The notes beneath the pieces were generated by a model. The model was not told where the DNA came from, did no database searches, and saw only the letters and a program-made list of their open reading frames with translations. A DNA stretch of 36,579 nt, taken from the NCBI GenBank assembly GCA_016938795.1, contig JAFGTZ010000171.1:1-36579 (forward strand), given 5' to 3'. Position numbers and translations under genes: made by a program. How positions within the stretch are numbered: the stretch's first letter is position 1; each line of letters opens with the position of its first letter. Positions 9,387 to 19,350 of this stretch are shown piece after piece. This stretch comes from Chromatiaceae bacterium. GTDB lineage: Bacteria; Pseudomonadota; Gammaproteobacteria; Chromatiales; Chromatiaceae.

Positions 9387-12136
9387 GAACTCGCTCCAGG
9401 ATGCGAATGGTGTGAGACAGCGGCGGACGGATCACTCGCGTCGGGAGCCTGAGCGGCCGTCTCGGGCTGCGCTGCCCCGGGCGCGGTCTGCGGTGCGGTC
9501 AGGGGCAGCGCGAGTTCAAACACCGTGCCTTGATCTGGAGTACTCCGCACCGAGATGGCCCCGCCGAGCAGTCCGGTCACCAGGTTATAGACGATATGCA
9601 GTCCCAGTCCGCTGCCGCCCTGCCCCAGTCGGGTGGTGAAGAAGGGGTCGAAGATCCGGCTCAGATTGGCCGGCGCGATGCCGTTGCCGTCATCGCTCAC
9701 CCGCAGCAGGACAAAGCCGGGAGCCGCGAGCTGGCTTTCGATGCGAATCTGGCCTGAGTCACGCCCCTCGAAGGCGTGCAGCAGGGCGTTCTGGATCAGA
9801 TTCATCAGCACCTGACCCAAGGGGCCGGGATAGCTGTCGAGCGTAATCTCGGGGGCGACGCTGACCTCCAGGCTGGCCGGGCTGTGCCGCAGACGCGGCT
9901 GCAGGGTCAGGGCAATCTCGCGCGTCACCTCCTCCAGGCTGAAGCGGCGGCGCTGGTAGCTGGCCTGATCCACCGCGACCTGTTTGAAGCTGCTGATCAG
10001 CTCGGCCGCGCGTCGAAGGCTGCGCAAGAGGACGTCGCTGCCCTCGCGCACCGCATCGACAAAGCGCTGCAAGGCTGCACGGCTCAAGCCCGCCGCCATC
10101 TGGTCGCGAAAGGCGCGCTCCTGGTCGGACAGGGTGCTGGCCAGCATCACGGCATTGCCGATGGGGGTGTTGAGTTCATGGGCAATGCCGGCCACCAGAT
10201 CACCCAGGGCCGCAAGCTTCTCGGATTGGACCAGACTCGCCTGTGCCTGCTCCAGACGCGCCAGGGTTTCTTGCAAATCGCGGGTCCGTTCGGCCACACG
10301 TTGCTCCAAACCCAGGTTCTGCTCAGCGATCTGTGCCCGAGCCAGGCTGAGTTCGCGGTTCAGTCGCTTCAGACGCCGGTTCCAGGCCAGCACCGCCCAA
10401 AGGATGAAGCCCGCAACTGTCACCACGGCTGCGACGATCTTCCACAGCAGCACAGCGTCGAACACCCGCTCATAGCGGATGGTGAGCCAGCCATTGACGA
10501 TGGCCTGAATCTCTTGCGGTGGCAGGGCCTTGACGGCGACCTGAAAGATCTCGCCCAGCAGAGGTTCTTCGCGCCGGGTGGCAATGGAGAGCTTCGTCGA
10601 GGCGCTTGTGTTGTCATCCAGGATCCCGCCAATCTTGAGGTCGTCGATGGCCTGGGTCTGGAGACGGTAGGCGATGGTCGGCATGGCGTCGATGAAACCG
10701 TAGAGCTGGCCATCCCGGACCAGATTGAGCCCTTCCGTAATGTCAGCCACCTCCCGCAAGCGGATGCCGGGATAGCGCGCCCGCAGGATATGGATAATGG
10801 CATAGCCTCGGGTGACGCCAAAGGTCTCGCCCAGCACGGATTCCAGATCGTAGATGAAGGGCTTCTGCCTCTGTGTGGCGATCACGGCGTTGAACGAGAG
10901 AAAGGGTGAGGTGAAATCGAGAAAGGCGCGCCGCTCGGGGGTTGCGGCTGCGGCGGCCAGCAGTTCGCAGCGTCCATGTCGAACAGCGTCCAGTGACTCC
11001 TGCCAGCTCTCCGTGATGACCAGTTCGAGCTGAACGTCGAGCATGGTGGCCAGCTCGGCCATTATGTCGGCCATGATGCCTTGGTAGACGCCATCCCTGG
11101 TGATGGCCTGAAGCGGCATCCAGTCAGGGTCAACGCAGAACCTGATCGGCCCCTTATTCTCCAGGTAAAGGATCTGCTGGGGTGAGAGCGCAACCCGCCC
11201 GGCGCGGTCGCTGTCCGCGCCGAACCATCGCTCCTGCACACGCCGGATCTGGTCCGGCGTGAGCGATGCCTGCGCCTTGTCGATGATCGACTGCAACAGC
11301 GGCATGTCGTTGCGGGTCGCGATGTAGAGTTCGGAGAATTCGCCCTCACTATCCTGCCAGTTCCAGACACCCTGAGCCTTCAGGTTGACATAGCCCAGGC
11401 TGGCGATGTGATAGTTCAGGACATTGGCGAAGTCGGTGGTGAAGTCGGCCCGACCCTGGCTCACGGCGGCAATGGCCTCGGCGATGTCAGGGGTCTCGAG
11501 GATCCTGATCTTGTCGCCGTAGTCTCTTTTCAGCCGCTCGGTCTGCTCCCAGCCCTTGGGGCTGGCCGCCACCGAACCGAACAGATCCTGGATGGACCGC
11601 ACCTCTGGATGATCACGGCGAGTCAGGAACTGGTTCGAGCCCCGCACGATGGGCGCGGAGAAGGTAGCGCAGTCGCGCAGCTTCCGGGGCTGGTCGGCGG
11701 GCTGGAGCAGATCGATCTGGCGCGAGCAGAGCAAATCGACCAGTGCGTCCCAGCTCTCGGCCTGCACGAACTCAAGCTCGACGCCGATGCGCGCCGCGAG
11801 CAGACGCATCAGATCGACCGAATAGCCTTGCGCCTTCCCCTGCTCGAAAAAATCGTAGGGCGGCCAGTCGGGCTCGTTGCCGACCCGGATCACCGGATGG
11901 GCCTGCAGAAAGGCGCGCTCCTCCTCAGTCAGGGCAAGCCTTCCAGGGAGTGTGGGGGCGATGCTGGGTTGTGTTTCCAGCGCCTCAGGGTCCAGCGTCT
12001 CGGGGGCGCTCGCTTGGGATGCCGGGGGCGTTGCCAGGGACTCGGCCCAGATCGGATCCAGTGCAAACACAGCAAGCAGCAGTAAGGCGAGCAAGGGCTG
12101 AAGGCGGATCACAGGCATGTCGAGGCAATTCGGCAT
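9383..12136 (-). CDS. Sensor histidine kinase with two periplasmic PBP (Venus flytrap) domains
   Basis: N-terminal hydrophobic segment; PBP1 (LTEEERAFLQAHPVIRVGNEPDWPPYDF); PBP2 (IRFCVDPDWMP); TM; H-box AGIAHELNTP; N-box NLIQNA; G boxes DDGNGI, FDPFFTT, GSGLGL. 4-nt overlap with the regulator gene. ATG 12118 is an alternative start. Confidence 0.93.
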   Translation of the reverse strand: MPNCLDMPVIRLQPLLALLLLAVFALDPIWAESLATPPASQASAPETLDPEALETQPSIAPTLPGRLALTEEERAFLQAHPVIRVGNEPDWPPYDFFEQGKAQGYSVDLMRLLAARIGVELEFVQAESWDALVDLLCSRQIDLLQPADQPRKLRDCATFSAPIVRGSNQFLTRRDHPEVRSIQDLFGSVAASPKGWEQTERLKRDYGDKIRILETPDIAEAIAAVSQGRADFTTDFANVLNYHIASLGYVNLKAQGVWNWQDSEGEFSELYIATRNDMPLLQSIIDKAQASLTPDQIRRVQERWFGADSDRAGRVALSPQQILYLENKGPIRFCVDPDWMPLQAITRDGVYQGIMADIMAELATMLDVQLELVITESWQESLDAVRHGRCELLAAAAATPERRAFLDFTSPFLSFNAVIATQRQKPFIYDLESVLGETFGVTRGYAIIHILRARYPGIRLREVADITEGLNLVRDGQLYGFIDAMPTIAYRLQTQAIDDLKIGGILDDNTSASTKLSIATRREEPLLGEIFQVAVKALPPQEIQAIVNGWLTIRYERVFDAVLLWKIVAAVVTVAGFILWAVLAWNRRLKRLNRELSLARAQIAEQNLGLEQRVAERTRDLQETLARLEQAQASLVQSEKLAALGDLVAGIAHELNTPIGNAVMLASTLSDQERAFRDQMAAGLSRAALQRFVDAVREGSDVLLRSLRRAAELISSFKQVAVDQASYQRRRFSLEEVTREIALTLQPRLRHSPASLEVSVAPEITLDSYPGPLGQVLMNLIQNALLHAFEGRDSGQIRIESQLAAPGFVLLRVSDDGNGIAPANLSRIFDPFFTTRLGQGGSGLGLHIVYNLVTGLLGGAISVRSTPDQGTVFELALPLTAPQTAPGAAQPETAAQAPDASDPSAAVSHHSHPGASS

Positions 12137-12164
12137 CGGGCGTGGACGGATCCGGACACTCAGG

Positions 12165-12196
12165 CCTTGAGCGGATTAAGCCTTAAGTGGATTAAG
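12165..12196. repeat. 16-bp imperfect tandem repeat upstream of the kinase
   Basis: CCTTGAGCGGATTAAG (12165-12180) and CCTTAAGTGGATTAAG (12181-12196), 14/16 identical. Confidence 0.75.
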
Positions 12197-12384
12197 CCGG
12201 GCGTCGAGTGTCTGAATGGCATCATGGGTGTACATCGCCAGATACCAGCACTCGAAGTCAATCCTGTTAAGACTAGCTGTCGATCATGAAGAGAACATGA
12301 CGTCAGCCATGGCGGACAGGGCGGCGCCGAGGGTCAGCAGAGGGTCGCGGTGGTCGATAACCGCGCCCTTGCATTGGCCTTGCC

Positions 12385-12876
12385 TCAGAGCTGACGTAAC
12401 CGGGCTTGCACACGGGGCGGCACCTGATCGATCAGCCAGGCGGCGACGGCCTCGGCCTCATCGACCAGGAGCGATGCCTGCCACCAGGGTGCGCTGGCCA
12501 GCGGGGTCAGGCCGATGAGAAAGACAGCCATGGCCACGATGACGGCGCCGCGCGCCGCGCCAAAGACCAGACCGAGCAGATGATCGAAGGCGCTAAGCCC
12601 CGAGCGCGCCACCAGCGTGGTGAGCAGCGCCCCGAGCAGGGTTCCCGCAAAGAGGGTAACGAGCACCAGACCGACGAAGGCGATGCCAAGACGCAGCGCC
12701 GGCTGCGAGAGCTGCGTAGCGAGCAGATCGGCCACCTCGCGATGGAAAAGCCAGGCCACCACCAGGGCGGCGATCCAGATGGCGAGCGAGAGCACCTCGC
12801 GGATGAGCCCGCGCGCCAGCCCGAGAATGGCTGAAAAGGTCAGGATGGCCAGGATGAGATAATCGACCCAGTTCAC
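12385..12876 (-). CDS. cvpA: CvpA family (colicin V production) membrane protein
   Basis: MNWVDYLIL...GLARGLIREVLSL...DHLLGLVFGAARG; located after dedD; GTG start. Confidence 0.93.
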   Translation of the reverse strand: MNWVDYLILAILTFSAILGLARGLIREVLSLAIWIAALVVAWLFHREVADLLATQLSQPALRLGIAFVGLVLVTLFAGTLLGALLTTLVARSGLSAFDHLLGLVFGAARGAVIVAMAVFLIGLTPLASAPWWQASLLVDEAEAVAAWLIDQVPPRVQARLRQL

Positions 12877-12887
12877 GAGGTTGCGAC

Positions 12888-13529
12888 CTAGGGGTAACGC
12901 TGGATAAGGGGATTAAGTCCTTGGCCATCGCGCAGACGCTCGGCGGCACGCTCGGCCTCGGCGCGTTCGATCATGGGACCGACCCGGACCCGATAGAAGC
13001 GTTTGCCGCTCACCTCGGCCTCTTCCACAAAGGCCGCATAGCCCTTGGCGCGCAGATCGGCCTCAAGCTCGGCGGCGCTTCCCGCAGCGCCAAGGCTTGC
13101 CACCTGCACCACCCAGGAACCGAGCGCCTTGGGCTTGGGCGCCGGAGCGGGTGTAACCCGGGGCATGGGGGGCGGCGCACTAGACTCCTGTGGGGCGTCC
13201 ACAAGAGGCGCCGTCGGGGTGCGAGAGACCGCCTCGCGTGGTGGTGGCGCGCTGGGCATGCCGATCACTCCGGGACGCTCAGCCTCGGGCTGTGGCAATG
13301 GCAGTGGCTCGCTGATGCGCTCCTCATCGAGACCACCGATGCCTGAGGTCTCGGGTGTGAGATAGGACTCGGACTCGAAACGTGGCGCAAAGGTCGGTTC
13401 CGAGGGCAAATCAAGCGGCAGCGCGGGCGGCGGCGGCGGGCGCTGCTCGATAAGCATCGGCACAAAGATCACCACCAGGGCCACGATGACCACCGCGCCC
13501 GCTAGACGTTGCTTGGCACCTTCTCGCAT
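12888..13529 (-). CDS. dedD: SPOR-domain cell division protein, DedD-like
   Basis: KQRLAGAVVIVALVVIFVPML TM, Pro-rich linker, C-terminal SPOR (WVVQVASL...YRVRVGP); synteny folC-dedD-cvpA. Confidence 0.88.
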   Translation of the reverse strand: MREGAKQRLAGAVVIVALVVIFVPMLIEQRPPPPPALPLDLPSEPTFAPRFESESYLTPETSGIGGLDEERISEPLPLPQPEAERPGVIGMPSAPPPREAVSRTPTAPLVDAPQESSAPPPMPRVTPAPAPKPKALGSWVVQVASLGAAGSAAELEADLRAKGYAAFVEEAEVSGKRFYRVRVGPMIERAEAERAAERLRDGQGLNPLIQRYP

Positions 13530-13543
13530 GGATCACCCCCCGA

Positions 13544-14836
13544 TCAGTCGCTGAATCCGTGGCGGCCTTCGCGCTCCAGCCTGTCGAGCACGCCACCCAC
13601 CGTGGTAAAGGAACCGAACACAAGAATGCAATCCTCGGGCGCGCTTGTGTCGCGCGCTGCCGCCAGCGCCTCGTCCAGACTGGGGTGACGGCTCAGGCTT
13701 GCGGCTGGCAGGACGCCTGACAGCCGTTCGGCCAGCACCGCGACGGGCAAGGCGCGCGGATCCTCGGTCTGGGTCAAATGCCAGTGCTCGATCAGCTCGG
13801 CCAGCGGCCGAATCAGCGCCTCGACGTCCTTATCATCGAGCACAGCCAGAATGGCGCAGCGCCGCCCGACGGCGGCAAAGGCGCGCAGATTGGCCGCGAG
13901 CGCCTGCGCCGCCGGGCCATTATGGGCAACATCCAGAATCAGCGTGGGCGCGCCGGACCGCACCTGGAAACGTCCCGGCAGACGCGCGCGCTGCACCCCC
14001 TGACGCCGTGCGTTGTGGCTAAGCGGCAGGCGCTCGCGCAGCGCATCGAGCGCGCACAGGGCGGCAGCGGCGTTGTCGAGCTGCACCGCGCCGCGCATCG
14101 CTGGCAGCGGCAGGGCCAGGGACTCGCCGCGCGGCGAGCGCCAGATCCAACCGCCCTCGCCCGGCTCATGGTCGAAGTCACGGCCCAGTTGCAGGGGCCG
14201 GGCGCCGCGCTCCAGGGCCGCCTCGCCCAGGGCATGCGGCGCCTCGCGCTGACCGATGATGGCGGGGCGATCTGCGCGGAAGATGCCGGCCTTCTCGCGG
14301 GCGATGGCCTCCAGGGTGTCGCCCAGCCAGGCGGTGTGGTCGAGCCCGATGGAGGTGACCACGGCGACATCGGCGTCGATGAGATTCACCGCATCGAGCC
14401 GCCCGCCAAGCCCCACCTCCAGCACCACCAGATCAAGATCCGACTTGGTGAAGAGCCAGAGCGCGGCCAGGGTGCCGTATTCGAAATAGGTCAGGGGCGT
14501 GGCGCCGCGCGCCGCCTCGACCTCGGCAAAGGCGGCGCAGAGCGCCTCATCCGAGACCTCCTGTCCGGCAATGCGCACCCGTTCGTTGTAGCGCAGCAGA
14601 TGCGGCGAGCCGTAGCCGCCGCAGCGATAACCGCCGGCGCTCGCCATGGCCTCGATATAGGCCACGCAGGAACCCTTGCCGTTGGTGCCGCCCACGGTGA
14701 TGACCGGACAGCCGAGCGGCGCAGGCGCCAGCCGGCGCCAGACCTCAGCCACCCGCTCCAGCCCGAGCGCCATGCGCGCCGGGTGCTGTTGGGTCTGCCA
14801 CGCCAGCCAGTCATCCAGGGTGCGCGCTTGGCTCAC
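13544..14836 (-). CDS. folC: Bifunctional folylpolyglutamate synthase / dihydrofolate synthase
   Basis: [52 protein letters not shown]. Confidence 0.96.
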   Translation of the reverse strand: MSQARTLDDWLAWQTQQHPARMALGLERVAEVWRRLAPAPLGCPVITVGGTNGKGSCVAYIEAMASAGGYRCGGYGSPHLLRYNERVRIAGQEVSDEALCAAFAEVEAARGATPLTYFEYGTLAALWLFTKSDLDLVVLEVGLGGRLDAVNLIDADVAVVTSIGLDHTAWLGDTLEAIAREKAGIFRADRPAIIGQREAPHALGEAALERGARPLQLGRDFDHEPGEGGWIWRSPRGESLALPLPAMRGAVQLDNAAAALCALDALRERLPLSHNARRQGVQRARLPGRFQVRSGAPTLILDVAHNGPAAQALAANLRAFAAVGRRCAILAVLDDKDVEALIRPLAELIEHWHLTQTEDPRALPVAVLAERLSGVLPAASLSRHPSLDEALAAARDTSAPEDCILVFGSFTTVGGVLDRLEREGRHGFSD

Positions 14837-15714
14837 ACCGGCACCACCGCGCGCGCATGACGCGGGCGCTGGGCGAGCAGCGCAAGCAGGTCGGCGATGC
14901 GCTCGCGCAGATCACGGCGGTCGATGATCATATCGAGCGCACCCTTTTCAAGCAGGAACTCGCTGCGTTGGAAGCCCTCGGGGAGCTGTTCGCGCACCGT
15001 CTGTTCGATCACGCGCGGCCCGGCAAAGCCGATGAGCGCGCCCGGCTCGGCGATGTTGAGATCGCCCAGCATGGCAAGACTCGCCGAGACACCGCCCATG
15101 GTCGGGTCGGTCATCACCGAGATGAAGGGCAGGCCCTGCTCGCGCATGCGCCCAAGCGCCGCACTGGTCTTGGCCATCTGCATGAGCGAGAAGAGGCTCT
15201 CCTGCATGCGCGCCCCGCCGCTCGCCGAGAAGCACACCAGGGGCGAGTGCTGCTCGATGGCCGCCTCGACCCCGCGCACAAAGCGCTCGCCCACCACCGA
15301 GCCCATGGATCCGCCCATGAAGGAGAACTCGAAGGCGCAGGCCACGATGGGATGCCCCTTGAGCTGACCTCGCAGCGTGATGAGCGCATCCTTCTCGTTG
15401 CTCTGCTTCTGGGCGGCGGCCAGGCGATCCTTGTATTTCTTCAGATCCTTGAACTTGAGTGGATCGAGCGATTCGAGATCCGCGCCCAGCTCCTCGCGCG
15501 GCTCGGGATCGAGAAAGGCGTCGAGCCGCTTGCGCGCGCTCAGACGGTTGTGGTGGCTGCACTTGGGGCAGACCTCCAGATTGCGTTCCAGCTCGGCGCG
15601 ATAGAGGATCGCCTGACAGCCGGGGCACTTGGCCCAGACGCCCTCGGGCACCGCGCGCTTGGTGCTCGCCTCGGTGCGGATGCGGCTCGGGATGAGTTTT
15701 TCAAACCAGCTCAT
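14833..15714 (-). CDS. accD: Acetyl-CoA carboxylase carboxyltransferase beta subunit
   Basis: MSWFEKLIP, zinc finger C-x2-C...C-x2-C (KCPGC, VCPKC), [31 protein letters not shown] 15738, overlapping the trpA stop, is an alternative start. Confidence 0.97.
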   Translation of the reverse strand: MSWFEKLIPSRIRTEASTKRAVPEGVWAKCPGCQAILYRAELERNLEVCPKCSHHNRLSARKRLDAFLDPEPREELGADLESLDPLKFKDLKKYKDRLAAAQKQSNEKDALITLRGQLKGHPIVACAFEFSFMGGSMGSVVGERFVRGVEAAIEQHSPLVCFSASGGARMQESLFSLMQMAKTSAALGRMREQGLPFISVMTDPTMGGVSASLAMLGDLNIAEPGALIGFAGPRVIEQTVREQLPEGFQRSEFLLEKGALDMIIDRRDLRERIADLLALLAQRPRHARAVVPV

Positions 15715-15734
15715 GCTTTTGTCCACCGCCTGCT

Positions 15735-16567
15735 TCACGCCGGTTCCTCCTCGGCAAGGCGCGCGTCGGACGCATCGAGCGCCGCGCGCAGGGTCGAGAG
15801 AAAGTCGCCGATGGCGCCGGGAATGGAGGGGGCATCGGCGGCCAGCGCCTCGATGCGCTCGACAATGGCGCTGCCGACGATGACCGCATCGGCCACGGCG
15901 GCGACACGCCCGGCGGTTTCGGCATCCTTGATGCCGAAGCCGACCCCAACGGGCAAGGCAATGCACTTGCGAATGGCGGCGAGACGTTCGGCCACCGCGC
16001 CCGTGTCGAGATGGCCCGCGCCGGTCACGCCCTTCACCGAGACGTAATAGACAAAGCCCGAGGCCACCTCGCCAATGCGCGCGATGCGCGATTCAGTGGA
16101 GGTAGGCGCAAGCAGATAGACCAGGTCGATGCCGTGCTCCTTGAGTGTGGCGACCAGCCCATGCCCCTCCTCGGGCGGCACATCCACGATGAGCGCGCCA
16201 TCCACCCCGGCATCGCGCGCGGCGGCGGCAAAGCTCTCATAGCCCATCACCTCGATGGGATTGAGATAGCCCATGAGCACCACCGGGGTATGGCGATCCT
16301 CGGCGCGGAAGGTGCGCACCAGGGCGAGCACCCCATCGAGCGACATGCCGCCGGCGAGCGCGCGCTCGGTGGCGCGCTGGATCACCGGGCCATCGGCAAT
16401 GGGGTCGGAGAACGGCACGCCCAACTCGATGAGATCGGCGCCCGCCGCGACCATGGCGCGCATCAGCTCCAGGGTGGTCGCGGGGTTCGGATCGCCCGCA
16501 GTCACAAAGGGAATGAGCGCGGTGCGCCCCTCGGCGCGCAGTTGTTCGAAGCGTCGTGCGATACGGC

Positions 16568-16571
<4 letters not shown>
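15735..16571 (-). CDS. trpA: Tryptophan synthase alpha chain
   Basis: [45 protein letters not shown]; ATGA overlap with trpB. Confidence 0.97.
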
Positions 16572-17780
<1,209 letters not shown>

Positions 17781-17800
<20 letters not shown>

Positions 17801-18413
17801 CGCTTACCCCATTGATGAAAGCGGAAATTTTCGCGTGGTCCTTGATGCCCCGGCTCGCCTCGACGCCGCCGCTGACATCGACCCCGAAGGGCCGCACGGC
17901 GCGGATCGCCTCGGCCACATTGTCCGGGTCGAGTCCGCCGGCGAGCACGATGGCGCCGGCCAGCTCGGGAGGGATGCGCGCCCAGTCGAAGCGCTGCCCG
18001 GTGCCGCCCGGCACACCCGGCTGATAGGCATCGAGCAGCAGGCCAGCGGCCTCGGCATAGCGCGCGCGCTCGGCGAACAGATCGAGGCCGGGACGCATGC
18101 GCAGCGCCTTGATCCAGCGTCGCCCGAAGGACGTGCAGTACTCGGGAGATTCGTCACCGTGGAATTGGAGCAGTTCCAGCGGAACCTGATCGAGCACGGC
18201 ACGCACCGCCTCGGGCGGTGCATCGACGAAGAGCCCCACGGCAGTCACAAAGGGCGGCAGCGTGGCGCACAGCGCCCGCGCCTGCTCGATGCTCAGTGCG
18301 CGCGGGCTGGGCGCATGGAACACCAGTCCAATGGCATCGGCGCCGGCCTTCACTGCCGCCGCGACATCGGCTTCACGCGTTAAACCGCAAATCTTAACCC
18401 GGGTTCTGGACAT
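17781..18413 (-). CDS. trpF: Phosphoribosylanthranilate isomerase
   Basis: [37 protein letters not shown]; ATG 18413. Confidence 0.96.
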
Positions 18414-18454
18414 GAGGTTAGTGGGGATCCTCCGGATGGACAGGCGCAAGACAC

Positions 18455-19261
18455 TTAGTCGGCGGCCAGGGCGCGCAGCGGATGATGCGCCACCTCCAGC
18501 TGCGGCAGGGCGAAATGCTCGGGATAGTCGGCGCGCACGAAATAGAGTCCGCCCGGCGGCGCGGTCACGCCGCCCTGGGTGCGATCACGCACCTCCAGCA
18601 GCTCGCGCGTCCAGCTCGGGGCGGCCTCGCCGCGCCCGATGGCGAGAAGCACGCCGGCAATGTTGCGCACCATGTGATGCAGAAAGCCGTTGGCGCCAAT
18701 GCGCAGCACCACCAGCTCGCCTTCAGTGTCGAGTTCGAGATACTGCACGCGGCGCACTGGGCTTTTGGCCTGACAGCCGATGGCGCGGAAACTGGTGAAA
18801 TCATGCTCGCCGACCAAGGCGCGCGCGGCCTCGCGCATGGCGGCCAGATCAAGCTCGGTATGCACCCAGACTGCTCGATCGCGCGCGAGCGCCGAGCGGG
18901 TGCGGCGCACCAGAAGCTGATAGCGGTAGTGGCGCGCGGTGGCGCTGAAGCGTGCGTGAAAGTCGTCCTCGACCCGCGCCGCCCAGCGCACCGCAATCTC
19001 GGGGGGCAGATTGACGTTGGCGCCCAGCACCCAGGAGCGCTCGCTGCGCTGCGCGCGGGTGTCGAAATGCACCACCTGCTCCAGGGCATGCACCCCGGCA
19101 TCGGTGCGCCCGGCGCAATGCAGGGTGACCGGGTGATTGGCCACGCGCGCCACCGCCGCCTCCAGCTCGGCCTGCACCGTGGGCACACCCACCTGGACCT
19201 GCCAGCCACGAAAGGCGGTGCCGTCGTACTCGACACCCAACACGATGCGCCCCGGGTTCAC
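18455..19261 (-). CDS. truA: tRNA pseudouridine(38-40) synthase
   Basis: [46 protein letters not shown]. Confidence 0.97.
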   Translation of the reverse strand: MNPGRIVLGVEYDGTAFRGWQVQVGVPTVQAELEAAVARVANHPVTLHCAGRTDAGVHALEQVVHFDTRAQRSERSWVLGANVNLPPEIAVRWAARVEDDFHARFSATARHYRYQLLVRRTRSALARDRAVWVHTELDLAAMREAARALVGEHDFTSFRAIGCQAKSPVRRVQYLELDTEGELVVLRIGANGFLHHMVRNIAGVLLAIGRGEAAPSWTRELLEVRDRTQGGVTAPPGGLYFVRADYPEHFALPQLEVAHHPLRALAAD

Positions 19262-19350
19262 GCGTACAGGATCCCGAAAAAACCGGATAAGCGAGCAGCG
19301 AACGCCGGACTGTTGGATGGCGGATCAAGGACGACGGACAGACTCAAGGC

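Noticed and set aside
12341-12369. Hairpin AGGGTCGCGGT...ACCGCGCCCT downstream of cvpA as an intrinsic terminator
   Set aside because: The stem is real but bulged and has no U-tract on the cvpA strand, so the function is unsupported.
7140-12395. Target-site duplication around the two-component insertion
   Set aside because: Only a 6-nt CCTCAG match was found at both ends, which is expected by chance.
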